Source: a candidate division WOR-3 bacterium
GTDB lineage: Bacteria; Hydrothermota; Hydrothermia; LBFQ01
Direction of reading: 5' to 3'
Assembly: GCA_039802605.1 (NCBI GenBank)
Contig: JBDRWW010000001.1
Coordinates: 32,001 to 96,000, forward strand
Length of the DNA stretch: 64,000 nt
The position numbers were made by a program, and so were the translations under genes. The notes beneath the pieces were generated by a model that saw only the letters and a list, made by a program, of their open reading frames with translations, was not told the origin of the DNA and made no database searches. Shown here in pieces: positions 10,521 through 19,621 of the stretch (its first letter is position 1; the number at the start of each line of letters is the position of its first letter).

Positions 10521-11268
10521 AATTATAGATAAATTCAGGCAAGAAGCCTCCAAGGATGGGGAATTTTTCCAGGTTTTAAAGGGTTTGCAAAACCTATACG
10601 AACATACGGTTGAAGAGGTGATGAAACCGAGGGTTGATGTTGTAATGCTATCCGAAACGGATACTTTAAGGGAAATGGTGGAAAAGTTTGTGGAACATAG
10701 GTACTCAAAATATCCGGTCATTTCCGAAGATGGGGATAAAATCATAGGGGTAGCGCACATAAAGGATTTGTTGTTGCACCTGGAAGACGATATAGACAAA
10801 TTAACCGTTAGGGATATTATGCGGGAACCCTTTTATATACCACACTCCATGAGCTGTTTAAGGGCTTTAAAGTTTTTACAACAGAAGAGGTTATCCATAG
10901 GTTTAGTCGTCGACGAATACGGTAATGTTATAGGAATTGTCACGATAGAAGATTTATTAGAAGAAATAGTGGGGGAGATATACGAAGAGCACGACAAAGA
11001 CGAATTCAGGTACGAATATCTCGAAAACGGGTGGATAAGGATGAGCGCAAAATTATCCCTTTCGGAAGTTGAAGAAATTTTGGGTATTGAATTTGGGGAA
11101 ACTGAGAGTTCAAGCATAGGGGGTTATGTGATAGAAAAACTCGGTAGGATGCCCGAAAAGGGTGAGGAGTTTGAAATACCTCCCTTGAAATTCATAATTG
11201 AAGATGTAGAACCTCAAAGGATTATAACCCTTTTGGTTAGAAAGGCAGATGGAAACGAGATTTATTGA
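10492..11268 (+). CDS. CBS-pair + CorC/HlyC domain protein (CorC-like)
   Basis: VMKPR, YSKYPV, VVDEYG...GIVTIEDLLEEIVGEI. Confidence 0.88.
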   Translation: MFFKKDELGKIIDKFRQEASKDGEFFQVLKGLQNLYEHTVEEVMKPRVDVVMLSETDTLREMVEKFVEHRYSKYPVISEDGDKIIGVAHIKDLLLHLEDDIDKLTVRDIMREPFYIPHSMSCLRALKFLQQKRLSIGLVVDEYGNVIGIVTIEDLLEEIVGEIYEEHDKDEFRYEYLENGWIRMSAKLSLSEVEEILGIEFGETESSSIGGYVIEKLGRMPEKGEEFEIPPLKFIIEDVEPQRIITLLVRKADGNEIY

Positions 11269-12184
11269 GGTTTCAAAGCTTTATGAGGGTTTCTTAAAAA
11301 AGTTTTGTAAGGTTTTGGCGGGGGAAAGGGGGTTTTGGAGGAGGATAAAAACACCGGATATTAGCCGCCCTGGTTTATTATTGGCGGGTTTTGAGGAGGA
11401 ATTCCCCGCAGAGAGGGTACAGATTATAGGATTAACGGAAAGGGCATACCTATTAAGCCTTGGTGAAAGGGGTGAAGATGCGATAAAAAGGTTGTACTCA
11501 AAGGAACCGCCAACGGTTATACTAACCTCCTTTGCTGAAAAGATAAACGAAAGACTAAAAAACCTTTTTTCTTACTATGCCGAAAAATTCTCAATACCTA
11601 CATTCTTTACGGAAGTCGGGACAACAAGGGTTATATCTTTAATTATGGATAAACTCCAATACGAACTCGCACCAACGATATACGAACATGGGGTAATGGT
11701 AGATGTTTTTGGTGTGGGTATATTGTTAAAGGGAAAATCCGCAATTGGTAAAAGCGAATGCGCCATTGAACTGATAAGGAGAGGACACAGGTTTATAGCG
11801 GATGACCTCGTGGCCATAAAGTTATACCCTGCCGATAATTTACTCGCAGAATCTCCAAGGGAAGAGATAAAATACTATATGGAAATTAAAGGGGTTGGCA
11901 TAATTCATATCCCTTCAATATACGGATTGCAAGCGGTTAAAGAAAAAACTTCCCTTGATTGCGTAATAGAGTTTATTCCCCAAGAAGAGTTTAAGTATAG
12001 CCCGGATACCGAGGTGGAAAGCGTTAATTATTTCGGTATAAGCGTTCCAAAATTCAAATTACCCATAACACCCGGGAAGAATATGGCAAGCATAGTTGAA
12101 ACGGTTGCATTGGTGTATAAAAAGGGCGATTTAGCCTATCAAGAGTTTAAGGAAAAGTTGAGGAAGTTGGTTGATAAAGGTTAG
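11249..12184 (+). CDS. hprK: HPr kinase/phosphorylase
   Basis: RPGLLLAG, HGVMVDVFGVGILL.GKSAIGKSE, ADD, MEIKGVGII, PGKN. Confidence 0.93.
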   Translation: METRFIEVSKLYEGFLKKFCKVLAGERGFWRRIKTPDISRPGLLLAGFEEEFPAERVQIIGLTERAYLLSLGERGEDAIKRLYSKEPPTVILTSFAEKINERLKNLFSYYAEKFSIPTFFTEVGTTRVISLIMDKLQYELAPTIYEHGVMVDVFGVGILLKGKSAIGKSECAIELIRRGHRFIADDLVAIKLYPADNLLAESPREEIKYYMEIKGVGIIHIPSIYGLQAVKEKTSLDCVIEFIPQEEFKYSPDTEVESVNYFGISVPKFKLPITPGKNMASIVETVALVYKKGDLAYQEFKEKLRKLVDKG

Positions 12185-13551
12185 GCGGAATATTTTTTAA
12201 TAATGTCATCCAATACTTTTAGGGCTTCCTCGCGGGTTTTTACAACCCCCTCAGCCCTCAACTCTTCTATTTCTTGAAGGATTTTCTTGTAAATCGGCCC
12301 AGGTTTTAGACCCCTTTCCATAAGGTCATACCCCGTGATCAAACGGGGTGGTTTGTTTGCCTCGGCTTCCTGCTGTTTAAGGAAATCCTCCAATTTTTTA
12401 GCCAATCGCAACTGACCGGCTACACCCTCGGCTCTAAGGGAGGTGGCCAACGCATCTACATAGGCCACAAGGATTATCGGGAACGCCCATTCGCCCGTTC
12501 TTTTATAATAACGGTATAATGCCCTTCTCGTCACATCTGGTGTTGCCAATAGGTGAGGGTGCATGTGCTCCGCAACTATTAAGGATATGGCTTTATAAAT
12601 CTCCTTAGGCATTCTCAACCTTTTACCAATTGAATTAACGATTTTTGAACCTATGTAATCGTGTCCGTGAAAGCTTATTTCACCATTTTCGTATTTGTAT
12701 GTCGCGGGTTTTCCCACATCGTGGAACATCGTCCCCATAACGATAATAAATCTACCCTTATCGTTTCTTATGGCCTCCATCCTGTGCAGGTAATAAACGA
12801 AGGGCCCATCTTCGAGGGTTTTCAGTGAAATTTCTAACCTTCTTAATGCCAAGAGTGTATGAGACCAAACATCCACATCCAAACCTTTTAAGGGCTTTTT
12901 TAACCCTTCAAGTTCGGGGAAAATTTTGAATAGAATTCCGCTTTCGGCCATAGAGGATACCTGCTTATAAAAGTTTTCTGAGGACAGTATTTTTGTTAGT
13001 TCGTAGGTTATCCTCTCGGGCGAAACCTTCGTTATGAGGTGGGAGCGGGAGGAAATCTCAAAAAATGTTCTACCCTCAATTTCAAAACCCAATTCTGCCG
13101 AGAACCTAAAAGCCCTAAGCATACGCAAAGGATCTTCTTCCAAGTTTTCCGGAAGTGTTATCCTTATTATTCCACTCTGTAAATCCTTTAAACCACCAAA
13201 GACATCTATAATTTCCCAACTATCCAAAGAAATTGCTATGGAGTTTATGGTAAAGTCCCTCTTATACAAATCGTCGTATATAGTTCCGGTTATAGGGGTA
13301 AGATCTATCTGTTCATCCTCCAAAACAACCCTAAAAATACCAAGCCCCTCGTCCAAAGGTATTAACACACCCTTTAAATCCATTGCTATGCTTTTCCCCG
13401 TTTCTTCCGGATTCCATACGGCTATATCCCAATCGGTTGGAACTTTACCCAACATTATATCCCTTATAGCCCCACCTACAAGGTAAGAACCTTTCGGCAA
13501 AAGTTTATACCAAGGTTTATACCTAATCAGGCTCTTAATTATTTCAACCAT
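12181..13551 (-). CDS. Class II tRNA nucleotidyltransferase with HD domain, probably CC-adding type
   Basis: YLVGGAIRD...DWD, KRDFTINS, EDPLRMLRAFRF, ERI, HDVGK. The segment before motif B is short. Confidence 0.88.
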   Translation of the reverse strand: MVEIIKSLIRYKPWYKLLPKGSYLVGGAIRDIMLGKVPTDWDIAVWNPEETGKSIAMDLKGVLIPLDEGLGIFRVVLEDEQIDLTPITGTIYDDLYKRDFTINSIAISLDSWEIIDVFGGLKDLQSGIIRITLPENLEEDPLRMLRAFRFSAELGFEIEGRTFFEISSRSHLITKVSPERITYELTKILSSENFYKQVSSMAESGILFKIFPELEGLKKPLKGLDVDVWSHTLLALRRLEISLKTLEDGPFVYYLHRMEAIRNDKGRFIIVMGTMFHDVGKPATYKYENGEISFHGHDYIGSKIVNSIGKRLRMPKEIYKAISLIVAEHMHPHLLATPDVTRRALYRYYKRTGEWAFPIILVAYVDALATSLRAEGVAGQLRLAKKLEDFLKQQEAEANKPPRLITGYDLMERGLKPGPIYKKILQEIEELRAEGVVKTREEALKVLDDIIKKYSA

Positions 13552-14714
13552 ACCACCCTTTTCACGAATGTCCTTCCGTTTATCAAAACCTTAACAAAAT
13601 ACACACCACTTTTAACCTCCATCCCTTGATCCGTATAGCCATCCCAATACACCTTAAAGGACTTGTTTTTAAACCCCTTATAAAGTGTTTTTAAAACCTT
13701 ACCCGTAAGGCTTATTATATAAACCTCTACGCGCGAGGGCTCGGATATGTTTAGCATAATCTCAACATTTCCCCTTCCATAAGAAACGGTTAAAACCTCA
13801 TCACCAGAAAATATATCGCGTATCCTATAATTACCATAATCGCTTACGATTACCTCAACCTCTTGGTCGTTGAACTCCACACGATATGAACCCGTATTCA
13901 CGGGAAGTATGCCAAAGGATACGGAGTTGTATAGGTTTAAATCCGCAGCGAATAGGCTTGTATTGTTAAAATGCAGGATGAAGGGGTGAGAATACGAGAA
14001 AAAGGGTTTGTTAAGGACTTGGCTGTTTATTTTATTCCTTCCAAATATAACATATACCCTATCCATATAAACGGCCAGAGAAATAAAGTTATTGCTTTGG
14101 GTGGAAAGGGAAAAGGCTTTACCAATACTTTCGCCCCCTTCAAAGAATTCATATCCTTTGCCGTTAAATGTTATATAACCCTTGGATGTTATAACGGTTG
14201 TATCCCCACAAAATATATAATCCCCGCCCCCTTTCAACACGCCCCCTTTATCCCCTATTACCGTAATCCTATTGTCCAAAAGTACAAACATACTTCTCCT
14301 TCCGCCCAACCCGCATATCGTTATATCCTTCACGCCTTCCATGAAAAGTGTTATGCTATCGTTGTGATATTTGAACAGACCGGCATCCGAGAGGAGATAA
14401 TATGACCCATTAAAGTAAAAAGTCTTTTTATATCTTCCGGTTATCGGCAGTGAAGAATCCTTTAAGGAAGGCAATTTCAAAAGTATTATGGGATTTGATG
14501 GGTCATCAGTTGTAATTACAAGGCTAAAACCTTCGGGATTATAGGATATATGTTCAACTTTTGATTTTATAGGGGTACCTATGGGATTCCCGACTAAGAG
14601 GTTATCGTATATTAACAGACCGCTATCTGTTCCCACAAAGATTTCGGAATCGCCATCACCATCCATATCTATACTGGCAACGGAATTTATACTAAGGGAT
14701 AACAACAGCAACAT
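13539..14714 (-). CDS. Exported protein with C-terminal FlgD-Ig / T9SS-CTD-like domain
   Basis: DMDGDGDSEI repeat at the N-end. C-end IISLTGKVLKTL...WDG...SGVYFVKV...KRVVWLK. Confidence 0.7.
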   Translation of the reverse strand: MLLLLSLSINSVASIDMDGDGDSEIFVGTDSGLLIYDNLLVGNPIGTPIKSKVEHISYNPEGFSLVITTDDPSNPIILLKLPSLKDSSLPITGRYKKTFYFNGSYYLLSDAGLFKYHNDSITLFMEGVKDITICGLGGRRSMFVLLDNRITVIGDKGGVLKGGGDYIFCGDTTVITSKGYITFNGKGYEFFEGGESIGKAFSLSTQSNNFISLAVYMDRVYVIFGRNKINSQVLNKPFFSYSHPFILHFNNTSLFAADLNLYNSVSFGILPVNTGSYRVEFNDQEVEVIVSDYGNYRIRDIFSGDEVLTVSYGRGNVEIMLNISEPSRVEVYIISLTGKVLKTLYKGFKNKSFKVYWDGYTDQGMEVKSGVYFVKVLINGRTFVKRVVWLK

Positions 14715-14716
14715 TT

Positions 14717-16480
14717 TTATCCACCTAGTTGCTTGATTATATCTTCCAACTGCTGCGCCTCTTTTGTTTTACCTTGTTTTCTGTAAGATTGCGCCGCCAT
14801 CTTAAAGTTGTATATTACCTGAGACTTGGCCGAACCATCCCCCTGCTCGTATTTCTTATAATATATAAGCCCCATGAACTTGTATGCATCCCCAACCTTT
14901 TCGGATGAGGGGAAACTCTGAACAAACTTTTGCAATATCCCCAAAGCGTTTTCGTAATCGTTTTTGGCGTATAGGGCCAATCCGTAAAGGTATAGAACAT
15001 TTTCTATGTCTTCCCCGTTTGGATACTTTTGAACATATTGGGAGAAGTAGTTTATCGCTTTATCGTAATCCTTTGATATGTAAGCTATGTATCCTATGCT
15101 GAACACGGCCTTTGAAGCCCTTGGGTCTTCGGGGAAGTATCTTAGAAAATCTTCAAACATTTTTGCGGCCTTTGGATATGTGCCCTGATTGTATAACGCA
15201 AGGGCATTGTTAAAGACCGCCTCCGCGCCAATTCCGGACCTTAAATATTGTGCAACTTCTGGATGTTCCGAGACCAAGGCTTGGAGAAGTTTCTTAACAT
15301 TTTCCGCGGATTGGTGCCCCGGGTATTCCAAAAGGAATCTATCCCAAGCCTCCGCCGCCCCTTTATAATCTCCCAACCTGTATTTGGCCTTGCCGAGTAA
15401 TTCAAGAACAGCGGGCATATCCTCGCCATTGGGGTATTTTTGTATGTAATATTCAAGTTTTTCAACCGCCTTTTGGAAACTACCACTTTGGAAGAGCAGT
15501 TGCCCCATATAAGCGGTAATTTTTGCAGACCTCGGATCATCGGGGAAAAACTCTATAAACCTTTCAAATCTGGCTTGGGCTTTTGTCATTTGCCCGGAAT
15601 TAAAAGCCTTCATTCCGGGATTATAAAACAAAACCTCCCCAACCAAGGGGTTGGTAATCTTTATATTCTTATTGGCCGCTATGGCTTCGCCGTATTTACC
15701 CTCAATATAGGATAGGGAGGATAAAATCGTATCCTTTAAGAGTGGATATTTTGCAAGGGCGTTTTCGTATTGAACGATTGCGGAATCGTAGTTTCCGTTT
15801 TCCGCATACCATTCGGCCAATATGATTTCCAACTTGGGTTTATTGGGGTGGCCTTTGTTTATAACATCCTTTAATGTTTGTATGGCCTTAAATAGCTCCC
15901 CATTTTTGTAATATGAAAAGACTTTTAGAATTTGGGCCTCTAATGTTTTCTCATCGCCCGGGAACCTCTTCTCCATCGTATCAACTAAGGATATGACCTC
16001 GCTATAAGAAGTGTTCATATATGCCGCCAATGCCCCAAAGTAAAGGGCATCCTTATAAACTTCCCTCCATTCGGGGTATTGGAATGCCACCTTGGAGAAA
16101 TACATATAAGCGTCTAAATACCTACGCTTGTTATAATATGCTATGCCTAAGCCCATATATACAGGTATTATGAACTTCGGATTCCTTGCACCCCTTACTT
16201 CGGCTTTTTTAAGTGTATCTATGGCTTCGGAATACCTTTCAAGGTGTATTAAGCACCACCCGTTTCCTATGAACCCTATGGTTATGTAATCGGGTATATT
16301 GGTGTTTCTTATAAGGTCTTCGTATATGCTCTTGGCCCTTTCGTAATTGCCCGAGTAGTAATACCTTTCCGCTCTGGCAACCACCTCGCCGTAATCGTTG
16401 GAATATGCGTCCGGCAAAGGCCTTTTATAATCCCGTATTACCGCGGGTATAAAGTTTTGACCTATAAATACCCATAACAT
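14717..16480 (-). CDS. Multi-TPR protein (BamD/CpoB-like repeats)
   Basis: Many TPR_6-like units (F+..+P.D/S..A..A). Confidence 0.8.
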   Translation of the reverse strand: MLWVFIGQNFIPAVIRDYKRPLPDAYSNDYGEVVARAERYYYSGNYERAKSIYEDLIRNTNIPDYITIGFIGNGWCLIHLERYSEAIDTLKKAEVRGARNPKFIIPVYMGLGIAYYNKRRYLDAYMYFSKVAFQYPEWREVYKDALYFGALAAYMNTSYSEVISLVDTMEKRFPGDEKTLEAQILKVFSYYKNGELFKAIQTLKDVINKGHPNKPKLEIILAEWYAENGNYDSAIVQYENALAKYPLLKDTILSSLSYIEGKYGEAIAANKNIKITNPLVGEVLFYNPGMKAFNSGQMTKAQARFERFIEFFPDDPRSAKITAYMGQLLFQSGSFQKAVEKLEYYIQKYPNGEDMPAVLELLGKAKYRLGDYKGAAEAWDRFLLEYPGHQSAENVKKLLQALVSEHPEVAQYLRSGIGAEAVFNNALALYNQGTYPKAAKMFEDFLRYFPEDPRASKAVFSIGYIAYISKDYDKAINYFSQYVQKYPNGEDIENVLYLYGLALYAKNDYENALGILQKFVQSFPSSEKVGDAYKFMGLIYYKKYEQGDGSAKSQVIYNFKMAAQSYRKQGKTKEAQQLEDIIKQLGG

Positions 16481-16489
16481 ACACCTTTA

Positions 16490-16537
16490 ATTCTAAGGCT
16501 GTTATTCTTCATATGGGGATACCAACAACCTTATAAT
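16490..16537. promoter_or_regulatory. Divergent -10 boxes: TAGAAT (-) 16490-16495 and TATAAT (+) 16532-16537, each 9 nt before ATG
   Basis: Recurring motif and spacing. Confidence 0.7.
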
Positions 16538-16546
16538 ATCAAGTGA

Positions 16547-17815
16547 ATGGCTTTACAAAAGGGATTTGTCCTTTCCCGCAAATATGAAGTTCAGGAATTC
16601 ATAGGTAGGGGGTTGATATTTGAGGTTTATAAGGCGAGGCATACAAGACTATCAAAGGATGTGGCCTTAAAGGTTTTGATACCTGAAATAGCATCGGATT
16701 TGGAATTTACAAGGTTTGTGGTTCAGATAATAAGAAACATAGCATCCTTGGAGGAACACCCTCACATATCTTGGGTTCACGACATTGACAAAGATGGAGT
16801 GTATATATTTTTTGTAATGGATTTTCTTCCAAGGGGTTTGAACGACATAATCAAGGATATTTCCCTTGAAGATGCCATAAGTATAACCGTAGATATATTG
16901 GATGCTTTAAAGTATGCCCATTCAAAGGGTTTGATACACAAAGACATAAGACCTTCAAATGTAAGGTTTAACGAAACGGATAGTGTGGTTCTTGTGGATT
17001 TCGGTATGGCGGAGATAGCGGCCAAAGCCGCCATGAAGTTTAAAAGAACCGCCTTTATACCCCCGCCTCATTATACGGCCCCCGAACAGATAAAATCGTT
17101 TGAATTGGCGGATGAAAGGTCTGATATTTATTCCGTGGGTGCGCTGTTATACCATATGCTAACGAAAGAACCACCTTTTGAGGGCGATATTAAGCAAATA
17201 TATTACCAAAAATTATCCGGCACGGGACCAAAACCTCCAAGGACTATAAACCCGGATATACCCCCAGAAATTGAAAGGTTGATCCTTAAAGCGCTATCTC
17301 CGGACCCTTATGAAAGGTTTCAATCCGCCGAAGAGATGTTAGAAGAATTGAGGGGGTTTTCAAAGAAGGTTTTGGGAAGGTTTGTTATGGCGGAGTTTGA
17401 GGAGAGGAGACCCGAGGGGGTTTTTAAAAGAAAATTAGAAATTAGGGAAGGGGTACCCTTTAAATTAGAGGTTTTAGAGTGTAAGAGCGTTATTAAGAAA
17501 TACGAACCCTTTGAGTTAAAATTGATCTTTTCGGGTGAAGGGGAGGGTAGGGTTGAGATAACCTTACCAAATTTTATATCTTCATCATCACCCCCGTATC
17601 AAAACTTCTCCTCACCATGTGAAATCTCTTGGAATCTCATCACAACCCAAGAAATATATGGGGCATATGATATAGAAATAGCGGTTTATTACGAGGGTTT
17701 GAAAATATTCAAAGAACCAATAAAGGTTCCAATACTCGTGATACCCGTTGAAGGCGAAATAAAAGAAGAAAAAACAAAGAAAACTTCATTTCGTATCTTT
17801 GGTTTAGGTAGATGA
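16547..17815 (+). CDS. Hanks-type Ser/Thr protein kinase
   Basis: VALK, HKDIRPSN, DFG, APE, SDIYSVG, R in subdomain XI. Confidence 0.9.
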   Translation: MALQKGFVLSRKYEVQEFIGRGLIFEVYKARHTRLSKDVALKVLIPEIASDLEFTRFVVQIIRNIASLEEHPHISWVHDIDKDGVYIFFVMDFLPRGLNDIIKDISLEDAISITVDILDALKYAHSKGLIHKDIRPSNVRFNETDSVVLVDFGMAEIAAKAAMKFKRTAFIPPPHYTAPEQIKSFELADERSDIYSVGALLYHMLTKEPPFEGDIKQIYYQKLSGTGPKPPRTINPDIPPEIERLILKALSPDPYERFQSAEEMLEELRGFSKKVLGRFVMAEFEERRPEGVFKRKLEIREGVPFKLEVLECKSVIKKYEPFELKLIFSGEGEGRVEITLPNFISSSSPPYQNFSSPCEISWNLITTQEIYGAYDIEIAVYYEGLKIFKEPIKVPILVIPVEGEIKEEKTKKTSFRIFGLGR

Positions 17816-18912
17816 GGGAAAGGGCTATAATTATTGGCATTCTTAGACCCGGCGAGGGTGAAAAGGTCTTTCGGAGGCTTGAGGAACTCAAAGAACTCGT
17901 AAAAACCGCCGGTGGTGAAGTCGTTGATGTGATAATACAAAGGAGGTTAAAGCCGGATCCGGCTTATTATATAGGCAAGGGGAAAGCCAAAGAAATATCG
18001 GAGCTTGTTCAAAAACTAAGGATAGATATGGTTGTTTTTGATGCAAAACTTTCACCGACACAGTTGAGAAACCTGACAGATATTATACCCTCTAAGGTCT
18101 TGGATAAGATTGATATAGTTCTTGATATATTCGCCCAGCATGCCAGCAGTGCCGAGGCTAAAATTCAAGTTGAACTCGCCCAATTACAAAACAGATTGGC
18201 GAAGCTAAGGGTGGCACCCGGATATTTTTCAAGGTTGGGTGGAGGAATTGGGACAAGGGGTCCGGGTGAAACAAAACTGGAAATAGATAGGAGGAGGATA
18301 TTACACAGGATAAGTATATTAAAGCGAAAGTTAAAGGATATAGAGAGGGCGAGAAAAGAAAGGACAAAAAGGCATAGGGAATTTTTCAGGGTTGCCCTTG
18401 TTGGATATACAAGCGCTGGAAAAACCACACTCCTTAACGCTTTAACTAAGTCAAAATTAAAAGAAAGCCCGAGTTTATTTACAACGCTTGATACATTTAC
18501 GAGGGGTATGTATTTAAACGGTAGAACCGTTTTGGTTTATGATACCGTGGGTTTTATATCCGATCTACCCCCACAGTTAATAGCGGCTTTTAGATCCACC
18601 CTATCCGTGGCGAATGAGGCGGATTTATTATTGGTTGTTGTAGATGTATCAAAACCGCAATTTGAGGAAGATTTGAAAGTTGTGGAGGAAACCTTAAAGG
18701 CAATAGGTGCCGGGGAAAAACCAAAAATATATGTTTTTAACAAAATAGACCTATTACCCTCCAAAGAATCCTTGGAAAGGCTAAAAGAAAAATTTGATGA
18801 AGACAACGCCGTATTTATAAGCGCAAAAACCGGGGAAAATCTTGAAAATTTAAAAGAAAAAATCTGGCAAAGGATGAACTTATCCTCTGAGAAGGGCTAT
18901 TACGGCCATTAG
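17812..18912 (+). CDS. hflX: Ribosome-splitting GTPase HflX
   Basis: GGGIGTRGPGETKLE, GYTSAGKT, DTVGF, NKID, SAK. Confidence 0.96.
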   Translation: MRERAIIIGILRPGEGEKVFRRLEELKELVKTAGGEVVDVIIQRRLKPDPAYYIGKGKAKEISELVQKLRIDMVVFDAKLSPTQLRNLTDIIPSKVLDKIDIVLDIFAQHASSAEAKIQVELAQLQNRLAKLRVAPGYFSRLGGGIGTRGPGETKLEIDRRRILHRISILKRKLKDIERARKERTKRHREFFRVALVGYTSAGKTTLLNALTKSKLKESPSLFTTLDTFTRGMYLNGRTVLVYDTVGFISDLPPQLIAAFRSTLSVANEADLLLVVVDVSKPQFEEDLKVVEETLKAIGAGEKPKIYVFNKIDLLPSKESLERLKEKFDEDNAVFISAKTGENLENLKEKIWQRMNLSSEKGYYGH

Positions 18913-19569
18913 GGTATCCGCTGTTGCCCATAAAACATATGGATATATTGCGTTAATTTGTGCTATGAATGTTGCATCTCCAAACAGGAAGAGGCTAACA
19001 ACAAAGGCCCCAATTGCCCATTTTTTTCCTATTTCCGTTCCCCAAAGGAGTAAGAGGTTGTAAATAACTATAAACACCATTACCCAATCAAGGATTATAA
19101 AAAGAACATAAGGGGACATATTTTTGAATATATCTACGAGGTTGGGTATATAAAATGTGGCCGCAAAGAGAATGGAGAAAACAACTAAAACTATTATAAG
19201 CCTTGTAAATGTAAGGTAATACCCCGAGCTTTGGAAAAACCATATATACCTAAAATTACCCGCAAAAAAGAAGAATCTGGCAATTGTAATGAGTATTATC
19301 CCCATTAACCCGAAAGTGAAAATATCCGTAAGTTTTGCGAAGAAGAAGGATAAACCATGAAGTAAAAAGGCTATGCTCATAATCACATAAAACTGGCCGC
19401 GCACATTGTCAAGTCCGAGTTCAACATATCCCTTTAAAAACCAGACAACGGAAACATAAATCGTCAGGAAACCTATGCTATAAAGCGCAATAGGGTTTCC
19501 GGAAAACTTGAAAAACAACGAAAGCAAATATAAACCTATAAGCAATACCCAACCTAATGCCCGTACCAT
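18880..19569 (-). CDS. Hypothetical polytopic membrane protein
   Basis: About seven hydrophobic segments, with its own -10 box. Confidence 0.7.
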   Translation of the reverse strand: MVRALGWVLLIGLYLLSLFFKFSGNPIALYSIGFLTIYVSVVWFLKGYVELGLDNVRGQFYVIMSIAFLLHGLSFFFAKLTDIFTFGLMGIILITIARFFFFAGNFRYIWFFQSSGYYLTFTRLIIVLVVFSILFAATFYIPNLVDIFKNMSPYVLFIILDWVMVFIVIYNLLLLWGTEIGKKWAIGAFVVSLFLFGDATFIAQINAIYPYVLWATADTLMAVIALLRG

Positions 19570-19580
19570 AAGATATGCAA

Positions 19581-19613
19581 ATTATAAAGAGGAAAAACTT
19601 TCAACCTTAAAAT
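19581..19613. promoter_or_regulatory. Divergent -10 boxes: TATAAT (-) 19581-19586 (11 nt) and TAAAAT (+) 19608-19613 (8 nt before dnaK ATG 19622)
   Basis: Recurring motif and spacing. Confidence 0.65.
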
Positions 19614-19621
19614 TTCCGGTT

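Noticed and set aside
19508..19621. ORF-track N-terminal extensions (dnaK, also lptD, 27944, 29308, 36645, 38659, 46296)
   Set aside because: They run across promoters, tRNAs or neighbouring genes, and downstream ATGs fit family N-termini and the -10 spacing or coupling.
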